This document shows, one piece after another, positions 39,660-52,013 of a DNA stretch of 64,000 nucleotides. The notes under the pieces are model-generated. The model was given only the letters and a program-made list of their open reading frames with translations, was not told where the DNA came from and searched no databases. The position numbers were made by a program, and so were the translations under genes. The first letter of the stretch is position 1, and every line of letters begins with the position of its first letter. Origin of the DNA: the human T2T-CHM13v2.0 reference genome, Homo sapiens; the NCBI RefSeq assembly GCF_009914755.1, contig NC_060936.1; one strand, 5' to 3'.

Positions 39660-40550
39660 TAGTAGATTATATTATTTTGACAAATATTTACACACTACTA
39701 CCCACACATGAGGATACTTCCTCACACTACTGATGTTTGACTTGGCCATGTGATATGTTTTATCCAATGCCAGTGGAACATGAAGAGTGATGATCTATGC
39801 CACATTCAAGCAATCAAATGTAACCTTCTTGTCTGCCAGAGAACAGGTGCAGTCAGGATTCAAAAGGGAAACACAGACAGCGTAAGTTTCATAGAATAAG
39901 GGATTTTAGAGTTACAATTTATACAAATGTGGAAGGGGATGAAAAAAATTGAAAGTTTAGAGGAGATCTTGAGGATCAGAAAAGAAGCTACTAGTCACTC
40001 TGGGAAGTCAAACACATCTTGCCACAGTGGTGAAAGCTTGTGGGTGGACTTTCAGCAGGTGCATCCACAACCAAACATCTAGTGGTGATCCTGAGGCTAC
40101 TATTGGATAGCATTTAAGAAGGATAATTAAATGCCAAGCAAAAAAGAGCATAGATAAATCAGGGGGCATATTCCCATCTGTCCCTCATAGCATCTTATTT
40201 TGATAACCTTCAGAGAGTAATGACCACTGCTTCACTTCTTCCAAATATTCCTCTGGCCAGCTCTAACATGGAACTTTAGAGGGAAGGGCATTGAATCTAG
40301 AAAAGATTTCCCAGCTTTAACAAAGATACATAGTACAAGCTACAAAATGGGCAAGTGCCATATTGGGACTACTCCTTCAACCTGGATTTGAATAAGAAGT
40401 ATGTGGTGTGGAACCCCAGCTGGAGCAGAGCCCCAGCCAACCAGCAGCTCTTATATAACATGAACAAGAAATAAATATTTGATGTAGTAAACCACTGAGA
40501 AGTTGAAGTTGTTTATTATTGCAGCACACTTGACTAATAGTAAAACTGAT
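39660..40550 (+). mobile_element. MLT1I/J-like LTR interrupted by an ERVL-class LTR (~39847-40343, minus)
   Basis: Outer element: cttggccatgtgatatg...; gagcagagccccagccaacc...aagaaataaa...ccactgaga. Inner element: ctctaacatggaactttagagggaaggg...tttcccagc. Confidence 0.6.
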
Positions 40551-40715
40551 ATTGAAAGTAAGGGGCAGCTCAAATGAAAAGCCAAAAATATCTATCATTT
40601 CTTTTGTTGTTGGCTAGGAAGGAAACAGGAATTTGGGGAAAGAGAGCAACCTGTGTTTTCAATGTTTGGGATATTTTGTAAAATGTCAAAATGGATAACT
40701 TGGAAGACATACTAT

Positions 40716-41622
40716 TGATACACGACTGCTGGGAAGGGAAGAGCGTGGTCTCTTTAAATGATACAGAAGGGAGGAAGGGAAGTGTGGGTAGAGGAGGCGT
40801 GGTCCTTGGCTAGGACCTAGGTGAGGACAGGCACTTCTGCATTCGCACCCAAATGTTGCATTTTCCAAGACCACCCTGGCCCGCCATGCCTCCATCCTAG
40901 GCCTATAAAAACCCTAGACCCATCATTTAACATTATGTATATCTCCTAATGCTATCCCTGTTGTGCACATGTACGCTAAAATTTAAGTATATAAAAAAAA
41001 AACCTAGACCCTAGCAAGGCAGAGACAGAAGCTGCTGGATGGTGAGAGGAACACATTGGTGGAAAAAGACAAGAGACTGGACGTCAAGAGGACGTGGAAG
41101 GGAGCACGCCAGCGGAAGTTCACACCAATAGACGCGGGCACGCCAGCAGGTCATCAACTGTCAGGGCGAGGTGGAGTTTGGCTGGGGCAATCAGAAGAGA
41201 GCCAGGGCCACCTAGTGGCTCAACTCCAGGGGAAAACCATTTCCCTTCTGGCTCCCCCATCATGGGAGAGCTATTTCCACTCAATACAACTTTGCACTCA
41301 TTCTCTAAGCCCATGTGTGATCTGATTCTTCTATACACCAAGGCAAGAACCCAGGATACCTTGTGACAAGGTAGAGGGTCTAACTGAACTAGTTAACACA
41401 AGCCGCCTATAGAAGTCAAACTAAAAGAGCATTCTGTAACACATGCCCACTGGGGCTTCAGGAGCTGCAAACACTCACCCCTAGACGCTGCCGTAGGTTC
41501 AGATCCTCACAGCCCTCCGTCTGTATGCTCCCCTAGAGGTTTGAGCAGTGGGGCACTGAAGAAGGGAGCCACACCCCCATCCCACGCCCTGCGAGGGGGA
41601 CAAGGGAATCTTTCCCATTTCA
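40716..41622 (+). mobile_element. LTR1-family (ERV1) solo LTR
   Basis: tgatac..gctgggaagggaagagcgtggtc.ctttaaatgatac...gacaagggaatctttcccatttca; TATA box at 40904. Confidence 0.82.
40921..40996 (+). mobile_element. ~76-bp young L1PA 3' end with inversion, inside LTR1
   Basis: Antisense 3' UTR piece 40921-40959, then sense gttgtgcacatgtac...aagtatataaaaa; TSD aaaaaccctagacc / aaaaaacctagacc. Confidence 0.85.
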
Positions 41623-42261
41623 CAGTGACATGATGAGTTGAGGCTTTGGTTGAAAACATTTTGAAAAAAGAATGTTATTAGCGTGATATGGTTATCAGCT
41701 GCATTTGATAAAGTTCTATGAGAAAGACGTGCTCATAAAAGAATTTTTTTTTTAAGTGATGGAAAACACAAAAAAGAACTTTTGAGGCTTGCAGATTGGA
41801 AATATTTGTATTTAACATTTATGCTTATATTCTGTTATATTTAAAATAAAATATTAATAAATTGTGCCAGACAAAAATCTAATTCATACTGAGATTAAAA
41901 TAGTTTTCTAGCGAAAAAAATCATGTTGTGGCCACCCTACCTTTTATTAAATCTTTAAAATCTTTTTATTAGATTAATGTGACCCGGAGTAACATTATTT
42001 GAATTAAACAAAATTGCTCAGGAAAAGAGAATAATAATTTTCTCATGGGAGCCTAAATAATGTAGCTATAATTAAGTTGAGAGAGAGAGAGAGAGAGAGG
42101 GAAGCATATTTTGCAAAATATTATAAGGGTAGCTATTGCTACACAGACCTTAATAGAATCAGACAGATAATGAAGCAACAAATTTTTGAGAGAGCTATAT
42201 GGCCAAAAGCAACATCAGTTTGAATTAAAACCTGACTTTGACTGAGGTATTAAATAACTTT

Positions 42262-44135
42262 TAAAGTTCATGATAAGACCAAACAATTCTAAACGTGTGT
42301 GGACCTAATAACAGAGCTACAAAATACATGAAGCAAAGCCAGACAGAACTAAGAAAAGACAGAAAAAAATTTACAAACATACTGGGAGAATTCAGTAACC
42401 ATATTTCACTAACTGAGTGAACAAATAACCACAAAATCAGAGTTAATAGACAAGATCTGAACAGCACTATCAACCAACTTGACCTAATTGACATTTAACA
42501 AACACTACCAACAATGGCATATCCTCTCTTTTTGGTATACAGGAAACATTCACCAAGATAAAACATGTCATACAATAAAATAACTGAATAACTTTCAAAG
42601 CATTGAACTCTTACAGAGTATTTTTTAAACCAATGGAATCAGAGATAAAACTAAATTTGTAGAAAATCTTCAGATACTTAAAAATGAAATACACTCCTAA
42701 TTAATATGTGTTCCAAAGCAGAAATAAGCATGGATATTACTATATAACATCATTTCAAACTTTGTGATAATAATAAAATTCCGTGAGATGCAACAAATTG
42801 GTGTTTAGAGGAAAATTTGTAATTTTCAATTATTTTATTGAAAAATAATAATTTAAGAAGTGTTTAAACTGACCTATATGTTCACTTTGGAAGCTAGAAC
42901 AAAAGTAAATTAAACACGGTAAAAGAGATGAATAAGTAAAGATAAGAACAAAAGTAAAAAAAAAGAGAGAAATGAGATAAACAATAGAGAACATTAATAA
43001 AGTTAAAAATTTGATTGTTGAAAAATATTAATAAAATTGATAAATTCATAACAAAACTAATCAAGGAAATCAGAGAGAAAATATAAATGAATAATACTGG
43101 GGAGAAAGAGGGATTGTTACTACAGCTTTTACAGATAAGTAAAAGATAAGAAGGAAATATAATAAACAACTTTATGCCAATAAATTTAAACAGTCAGATA
43201 AAGTGCACATGTTCTTGGAAAAGCACAACTTATTAAAACTCATTGCTAAAATTAAATTATGAAACAATATCACAATATCAAGTATGTCAAGTGTTGGTGA
43301 GAATGTTGAGCCACTGAGTTTTCATTAATTGGTAGTAGGAGTATAACGTGGTGCAAATGCAGTGAAAAATATTTTGGAAGTTTTTTAGTAAAGTAACAGG
43401 TACACTTACCATATGATCCACGAATTCCACTTCTAGGTATTACCTAAGGGAAGTGAAACCATAGATGTATACTAGATGTTTATAGCATCCTATTCATATT
43501 ATTTATAACATATGTACTATATAATGTATTTTTTAATAACCAAAACTTACAAATTTTAATCAACAAAGGAGCTGATAAATTGTTATATTCATGCAGTGGA
43601 ATAAAAGAACAACAACTGCTAGACTGTAGAGCAATGGAAAAACATGGATTAATTTCTAAATCATGCTGAGGGAAAGAAGCCAAATACAATGAATACATGC
43701 TGTATGATAAGGGTTGGCAATTTTTTTTCTGGAAAGATTGTAAATATTTTAGGTTTTCTAAGCCATATAATCTCTATCACAACGATTCAACTCTGCCACT
43801 TTAGCATGAAATCAGCCATAGACAAGATGCAAATGAATGGATGTGGCTGTGTTCTAATACAGCCTTATTTATGAAAATAGGTGCCAAGCTAGATTTGGCC
43901 TATAAGCCATAACCTGCCAACCTCTCCTTTATGATTTTGTTTATTAAAAGTTCTAGAGTAGGGAAACTAATCTACAGTGACAGAATTCAAAATAGTGCTA
44001 GCCTAAAGTGGGGTTATGGTGGTAAGTCGATTGCTGAGGAACAGGAGAGGATTTTCTGGTGTGAAAAAAATGTTCCATATCTTGATTAGAGTTGTGGTTA
44101 CACAGGGTACATATTTGTCAAAACTCACTAACTTA
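42262..44135 (+). mobile_element. L1ME-type element (ORF2 EN region and 3' UTR), interrupted by MER58
   Basis: cctaataacagagctacaaaatacatgaagcaaa...caactttatgccaataaattt...aattccacttctaggtat...atatttgtcaaaactca. Confidence 0.75.
43708..43926 (-). mobile_element. MER58A (hAT-Charlie)
   Basis: TIRs agggttggcaa / tgccaacctct; gtaaatattttagg...caactctgcc; 8-bp TSD ctgtatga / ctttatga. Confidence 0.85.
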
Positions 44136-44902
44136 TTCTTTGTAAAAAGGAGAGCAGGTGCACAGGTGTAGAGACAAGAAACAACTTGGAGAGTGTTGGC
44201 GTTGCTGGAGCACCAAGTAGAAAGCATGAAGAGTCAGAGTCTAAATTTGGAAAGATTAGGAAAGATTAAGGAACTGGTCATGTGACATGGAGACTATGAA
44301 GTAGTGAATGGTGCATATAGCATATTAATGTGTATGTGCCATATTATATATCATATTGGTGTTTATTTAAATTTTTATGATTAATTTTGGACTTCTGCTT
44401 TAGTTAGGTCTCCTATTGAATATTAAATTAGAATTTACTGTTAATTTCTAGAAGATCTGAGACAATTTTTGCCAAATATCTTCACATTTCCAAGAAAGAA
44501 AAGTCAACAATACTCATAAAGGAAGAGTGATCTAAAATTTCTTTTTTAATCCTCTGCTTCTTATCTGCGACAAGTATATTAAAGAGTTGTCATGGAAGTG
44601 ATCAAATTTTAGGGGAAAATTTATTGGAAAGAGTTGCTGTAATGCTGTTGACATTCTTCCCTACCTTGAAAAGGATGTATCCACCTCATTTAAGTCTAAA
44701 AGGCTTCAAGGAGACCAGTTGAAGAACGTCATTTGTGTCTATGATAATTAATGGTTTGCAAGGAAGGTTGTTCCCAACTCATACCTGAGAAATCTCAGAC
44801 AGAAGAGATTGTGGCTGGGTGGTTACTCTCATGGTCAAGCAATGAGACAGTTGCTTTGGGATACCTTGATTGTCCAGAGTTATTACAGGCCAAAGAAGAT
44901 CA

Positions 44903-45247
<345 letters not shown>

Positions 45248-45324
45248 TTAAAACAAAAGGCTGAGGGAGCAAGAGCTATTAGCTGTCACCCATTGGAGAT
45301 AGAGCATGGGCTAAGACAACCGCT

Positions 45325-46430
45325 AGATATGCTATATATAGCGATATCTCTATATAGTGCATATATAGATATCTCTATATATAGCATATATGTACATAGT
45401 GCATATATAGGTATCTCTATATAAAGCATATATAGAGAGATATCTCTATATAAAGCATATATAGAGAGATATCTCTATATAAAGCATATATAGAGAGATA
45501 TCTCTATATAAAGCATATATAGAGAGATATCTCTATATAAAGCATATATAGAGAGATATCTCTATATAAAGCATATATAGAGAGATATCTCTATATAAAG
45601 CATATATAGAGAGATATCTCTATATAAAGCATATATAGAGAGATATCTCTATATAAAGCATATATAGAGAGATATCTCTATATAAAGCATATATAGAGAG
45701 ATATCTCTATATAAAGCATATATAGAGAGATATCTCTATATAAAGCATATATAGAGAGATATCTCTATATAAAGCATATATAGAGAGATATCTCTATATA
45801 AAGCATATATAGAGAGATATCTCTATATAAAGCATATATAGAGAGATATCTCTATATAAAGCATATATAGAGAGATATCTCTATATAAAGCATATATAGA
45901 GAGATATCTCTATATAAAGCATATATAGAGAGATATCTCTATATAAAGCATATATAGAGAGATATCTCTATATAAAGCATATATAGAGAGATATCTCTAT
46001 ATAAAGCATATATAGAGAGATATCTCTATATAAAGCATATATAGAGAGATATCTCTATATAAAGCATATATAGAGAGATATCTCTATATGGCATATATAG
46101 AGAGATATCTCTATATGGCATATATAGAGAGATATCTCTATATGGCATATATAGAGAGATATCTCTATATGGCATATATAGAGAGATATCTCTATATGGC
46201 ATATATAGAGAGATATCTCTATATGGCATATATAGATATCTGTATAGCATATATAGATGTCTGTATATGCTCTCTATATAGTATCTTTATATATATATAA
46301 AGATATATATATAAAGATATATATATGCCATATATATATATGGCATATATATATAAAGATATATATATATGCCATATATATATATGGCATATATATATAA
46401 AGATATATATATATGCCATATATATATATA
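45325..46430. repeat. AT-rich minisatellite (22 x 29 bp, then 6 x 27 bp) with degenerate TA-rich flanks
   Basis: gcatatatagagagatatctctatataaa x22 (45426-46063), then gcatatatagagagatatctctatatg x6 (46064-46225). Confidence 0.97.
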
Positions 46431-46949
46431 GCATTAGCAAGCCTAGGAGAAATCAATGCCAAATTATATCTGTTCCAGTCAAGTGAGAGTTTCATGTCCT
46501 TGCACCTCTTTGTTCCTTCTCATGCTTCAATCCTGAAGGACCTAGACACAGCCCATGGAGTCAAAAAGTAGAAGTGGGATCCTCAGGGGAGAAAAGAAAA
46601 GAAACCTATCAAATTGCCTTCTCCAATGTGGCATCAAGCCTAATAGAAGTCCCAATTTGAAAATTGAAGACATTTATTCAGCGCATACACAATTATTCTA
46701 TGTCATATATGGATTCGTGGACCTCTTGCAAAAACTTTGCCAAGTTTCCAGGATCTATGGCCAAAAGGTCGGGAATCACCTCTTTGGCAAATCTGTATTT
46801 TAATTTAGTCTTAGATTTTTTTTAATGAATCTGGACTGATTTTAATATCTAGACTGATTTTTTGGTAATTTCTTAAATAAATCATAATCCTTTAATGCCT
46901 CTTGTCTCTCCGTTGTTATCTCTTACTATGTTTTGTCATCTCTCAGATA

Positions 46950-47300
46950 TATCAGAATAATTCAAGCCTTTCTACAATGCTAGTCTTATCGCTCTCATTA
47001 TTCTACATCTTTTGCTCCTGTTAAACAGCTCTTTCCTGTTTCCTGGAATTATCTTGTACTCCTTTTCTTGCTCTTTTGTCATTCCTTTTGTGGCTCTTTG
47101 TGTTGAAATACCTTCCGCCCATTTCTACCTTCTGAAATCTTGGTCATCTTTCAAAGCCTATCTCAAAGGCCTCCTCCTTTATAAATGATTTTGTTATTCA
47201 GTGAGAATTAATCTTTGCCTTCTTTCAAGCTTCAATTACCACATTATAGCATATATTATTTAATACAATGTTTTGTTCTATAATTATTTTGTACTACTTT
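46950..47300 (+). mobile_element. L2 fragment
   Basis: ctgaaatcttggtcatctttcaaagcctatctcaaaggcctcctcc. Confidence 0.65.
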
Positions 47301-47459
47301 CTTTGTTTTTAATTAGCAAGCTAATATATGCATGCTTTTTATTATAAATTCTGATACTATAGTAAAGACTGTAAATCTATCTTAACTTGGGCACTGATTC
47401 TCTTGTCCATTTGTAGTCCACATGTAATATTGTTAAAACTTTTATGTTTATCTTCAGTT

Positions 47460-47580
47460 GCCATATGTCTGAAATAATACTTCATGGTCACAAGATTGCT
47501 GTGAGGATTAATTGAGATAATCTATGAAAAACTACATAGCAGAGTAACTGGCGTTTAGTGATTACTCAGTATTATACCGT
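47460..47580 (+). mobile_element. MIR fragment
   Basis: gattgctgtgaggattaattgagataatctatgaaaa. Confidence 0.75.
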
Positions 47581-47898
47581 GATTACTCCATATTATTAGT
47601 TATCTTTATCATTATGCTGACATTATTAACATCCTTTCAAGCCAGTCTCTATGCATTTGAAAATCTTTTTACCTACACATTTTTATATATATGCATATAG
47701 TATTTAAAAAATATAATAACACAAAATAGGTTTCATAGATTATGGGCAAATTCCCATGTCAAAATTAGAGGTTTATAGTTCAGATTCTTCAACTGTAAAA
47801 ACATGCTGTAGTGAACCTACTTTCATATTTTTTAATGCAAAGTTCAAATATTTCTGAAGAATATAGGTTCCTAATTATAAAATTGCTCTCAACACTAA

Positions 47899-48190
47899 TT
47901 TTTTTTTTTTGATAGAGTCATGCTCTGTCACTCAGGCTATAGTGTAGTAGCATGATATTGGCTCATTGCTACTTCCACCTCATAGGTTCAAGTGATTCTC
48001 CTGCCTCAGCCTTCTGAGTAGCTAGGATTACAGGCATGCACCACCACCCCAGGTTAATTTTTGTATTTTTAGTAGAGATGGAGTTTCACCATGTTGGCCA
48101 GGCTGGTCTGCAACTGCTGGCCTCAAGTGATGCGCCTGCCTCAGCCTCCCAAAGTACTGAGATTACAGGCTTGAGCCACTGCACCCAGCC
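47899..48190 (-). mobile_element. AluS (Sz/Sx-like) within an L1ME remnant
   Basis: polyT plus antisense dimer ending cccagcc; flanks (47740-48790) resemble antisense L1ME. Confidence 0.92.
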
Positions 48191-50538
48191 AATAAACATT
48201 TTAAATTGGAAAAGGTACGCAGAACATTTCTCCATTGGAGCCTATTTCACCACACCTCCACCAGCATTGCATATTGTCTTTTTTTCACTATTGAATGAAT
48301 AAATGACATCCCATTATTGTTTTAATTTATTATTCTCTAATCACTGGAAAGTGTGAGCACCTTTAAATGTTTGTTTTTTTATACATTCCTTTTTCTATTA
48401 AGTGCCTCTCTAATTCTTCCAATGTTAAATAAGATAGTTGTTTTTTTCTTATATCTAGAGTATTCTCCCATGTTATTTAGTAACAGATATGCATCAGTCA
48501 CATCTTGTAGTTTTATAAGTAAATATCCTTAGGATTTTGATAATAATAGGTAGATTTATAGCATCATGGGCAGAATTAACTTTTACATAATATTGAGTCT
48601 TCCCATCCAGGATTCAGAGATTCTCTATCAGTCATTTGTGTTTTTATTTCAACATTTAACTAAGTGCCATAACTATTGTTTGACATTCTTTTTTACTTGA
48701 ATTGTATGAAGTGATATATTTCCTGGATCCTGTGTTTCTATGCATGTATATTTTTCCAATTTAAAACATTCAGTAATTTGAGCCCTCCTATTCTTTTGTT
48801 GGGGGAGGAAGGAAGATGAGATACCAAGTTTTGAATTTTGGCATCAGTTCTTTTTTTAGGCCTGGTATTTTTCTCTCCAAAATAAGAATGGGGGAAAGAT
48901 AAAATGTAATAAATATGAGTATGAAAAAATTTACTGGTATAACAATTTTAACTTTGGCATGATTTAAAATAAAAATATGGCTGTTTCTTAACCTTGTATG
49001 TCATTTATATAATAGCAAGAACCAGTGATTCTATGGCTGTATACTACATTTCTCCTTTTCATTATATCTATGTGTGACAAACATGATTAAATTGAGTAAA
49101 TGTGTAGAAGTACTATATAAAAACATTATTTTAGCTGTCTGTTTAAGAAAGAACTAGTATAGTTTTAGTGATACCTGAACATTTGGAGTCTTTTTCTCTT
49201 GAGTTTTGCTGACTGCATGGGGAAAGGATTAAAAATAGGGCAATAATTAGCTGCTTCCCATCTTTATTGTGGAGGGTGAAAGACCTAAGCTCAAGATATG
49301 GCATAACTAACTTTGAATTGACAACAGAAAGTATTTATTTACCAATGAAAAGGGTAACCCTCATGAAAAGATTTCTGAGCATCCCTGCTTGTGCAAAAGA
49401 GCATGCATATATAATAGTTAGAGGCACAAGTTTCCCCTTATTGATTTCATCATGATCCCCATAAAGCAAACAATTAGATCAGAACAGAAGGGTAAATCCT
49501 CTCACACATACCTCTGGAATTTGGGTATACTGTATTAGGTAACTGGCCTTTCTGTTTCAGATCACCAACTTTAATAAAGCTTGGATAGTTATAGGATAGG
49601 AAATTTCACAAATATATAAAAGCTGCCTCATACTAACACAGAGTCTGGAATGATTTAAAATATTTCCTTTGATATGATTCCCAAATTCTATATAAAAGTA
49701 AAGTAATAGTACAGAAATAAAATGTGGTGTGGCATGTTTAGAACTTTTATAACTAGCCTGACTTTGAAACTGAGTGAAATGAGTAAGAGATCAAAGTTTT
49801 CATGACTTTAGTTTTTTTTTTGTTTTTTCCTCTCTCTTGTTTTTCTCCTTTTGGAAAGGCTGGTGTTCTGTAAGGAGACCAGAATAATCTACACTTCAAA
49901 ACAAAATAATATATTTAGTCAAGTACATAACATTGGTCATCTTATAGTGATGATTCATAGGTACTATGAGAAACATTTCACTTATTTTTATTGCATTTTT
50001 CAAGGTAGTTTAGGTAAAGCTGGCTAGACCTGTGTTGAATAAACAGGAGTAGAGCAGTTCTAAGTATAATAATAAAAAGGCATACCATTAATGCAATAGT
50101 ATAGAAGCATATTCTTCAGCTCAAATATTCTGAATCTCTAGGAAATTATTGCTATATGTTACGATGAAATAAAAATATATAAAATACCTTTCTTTGCTCT
50201 CTTTATATAATTTTTTTCATTTTAATGTAGCAGATTGTGTCTTTAAGAAGAGGATCTAGCAAGAGTAATCTCAAATAAAGAGAAATTTAAATCAAAATGA
50301 CTTGGCTTTGTAGAGTACTCCTAATTTTGATTTTTGTAATCATTTCATCTTCCTATATATGTCCTTTTACGGGATCATTTATAATAAGGTTGCATTGTTT
50401 GGGCATGTGCAAACTGAATGATTTAATTACCCCTGGGTGATCAAATTTTAATTGTTAACCAGGCCTCCTTTCATTAAGCCACTGCAGATCTCCATCTGAA
50501 ACTAATGATTTCTACTACATCTGTAACTCTGGCTGTAT

Positions 50539-50712
50539 CAGTGGCTCTCAAACTTGAGCCTGCATCCGAATAATCTGGAGAGCTTGTTAAAGCACAGATG
50601 GCTGGGCCCAAGCCCCAGAGTACCTGATGTAGTAGGTGTAGGGTAGTGCCCAGTAATTTGGAGATCTAACAGTTTCCAGCTGATGCTGATGGAGCAGCTA
50701 TAAGAACCATTG
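50539..50712. mobile_element. MER5A
   Basis: cagtggctctcaaacttgagcctgcatc..aat..ctggagagcttgttaaa.cacagat.gctgggccc...agaaccattg. Confidence 0.85.
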
Positions 50713-50810
50713 GTTTATAGGCTCTGCTTGGTTTCTAGTACCTTCTCCTTCCTCTCTTCAAATTGAAGATGTCTGCTTCAGAACCTAATGCCTTGCAATT
50801 TCGTCTTTAG

Positions 50811-50834
50811 GACCAACTGAAATCTAAGCAAGAG
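50811..50834 (+). other. Candidate 24-nt microexon (DQLKSKQE in phase 0)
   Basis: ctaat branch point, tttcgtctttag acceptor and GAG|GTAAGT donor; no host gene identified. Confidence 0.25.
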
Positions 50835-52000
50835 GTAAGTACTAATCCAGTCCTCAAGAAGTCAGCGTCAAGTCTATCATCCTTCTAAATTTTGCTCAAC
50901 TTGTGCTGCAGCTCTGAGGTAGCTTTATAATTCTTACTTCCTTTCCAGTGTACCCGCCTTTTTCCTTTGAAGTCATCTTCAGTGTTTTACCTTGTTTCTA
51001 GTTTTACTATTACGCACCTCCTGCCTCTAATCTTTTCATCTTCTAACAGATTTTGTAAGTCTTATCCAGAAGAATTTTCCACAACACTGCTTTGTCTACA
51101 CCACTCCTTTCTGGTTAAGTGAAATAATACATATGAATGTTTTTGAACTCTAGTGTATTATTTAAGTTGTTATTCTTAAATCCTTCACTTCCTTTCAATG
51201 CTTAAAAACGTTTCTCAGTTACTGATCTGCACACCAGAGGGGCGCGACTTTCTCCAGTGTGTCCACTCCTTTACCTTGGAAGCCTGTGGTAGTTGTCGCT
51301 AAGATTCCCTCTATCCCTCTGGCATCATTCTAAAGGGATTTAGTTTTTATACTTAGTCACAGTGGAGCTAAAGCTGGGAAATGTGAGTGGAAAACAAACC
51401 TCTAAATCCTGAATGTGAAATGTAAGTCTCCCTCTATTTTGTCTTTTACTTCTCAAATTCCCTTTTATTCTCTAGGCAGGCTGGATTTACATTTTCCACC
51501 AACATACTTCTAAGTCTTTGTATACCACCTTTCTGCTGCATGAAGATCACTCTTGAATTTTATTCCTTGATTTACCTAAAGTTCTAAGTTATAATCCTCC
51601 TAAGTTCTGTTCTTCCTTTGAGTCTCTTCACTATCCTCTACGCTGTGAAATTATTTACTGAGCAAACCCTGCGGATTTTTTTTTCCTGAGCCTCCCCAAA
51701 CTCCTAAAATATATCCTTCCACAGCTCTGCTGTGGTTTTCTTATGCAATCGTTCAGGACTTATCATCTTGATGTTCCTATTCTTTGCATACAGTAGACCG
51801 CCCTATACAAGTTAGAGCTGTGACTGCTGTCGTAGTCAGCGTGTCCTACAAATTACGTTTGGTAATGATGTTTAATACTGTAAGAAAATAAAGCAGCAAA
51901 GACTCAGCACTCTGTTGAAACACGGAATTAGTTTTGGGCTTTTTGATGGAAAGTCAGCTGTAGTAATTTTATGTGAAATGGAAGAAGGCTTAAAGAGAAT

Positions 52001-52013
52001 ATTGTATGCAAAT
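52001..52013 (+). promoter_or_regulatory. Compressed SOX-OCT composite motif
   Basis: ATTGTATGCAAAT in sequence with no recognisable repeat. Confidence 0.35.

Larger units (their letters stand above)
40551..42255 (+). mobile_element. MLT1 internal sequence (interrupted by LTR1)
   Basis: Follows the MLT1 LTR; gctgcatttgataaagttctatgagaaaga..gctcataaaagaa and tttttgagagagctatatggccaaaag resemble MLT1-int; (GA)n at 42079-42098. Confidence 0.45.

Noticed and set aside
45426-46225. CRISPR-like array (palindromic ~29-bp repeats)
   Set aside because: Units are head to tail with no unique spacers, there are no cas genes, and the DNA is primate
46026-46495. Repetitive ORFs (MPYRDISLY)n, (MAYIERYLY)n and YI-rich peptides
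   Set aside because: Artefacts of the 27-bp (multiple of 3) minisatellite and TA tracts; no promoter or splice context
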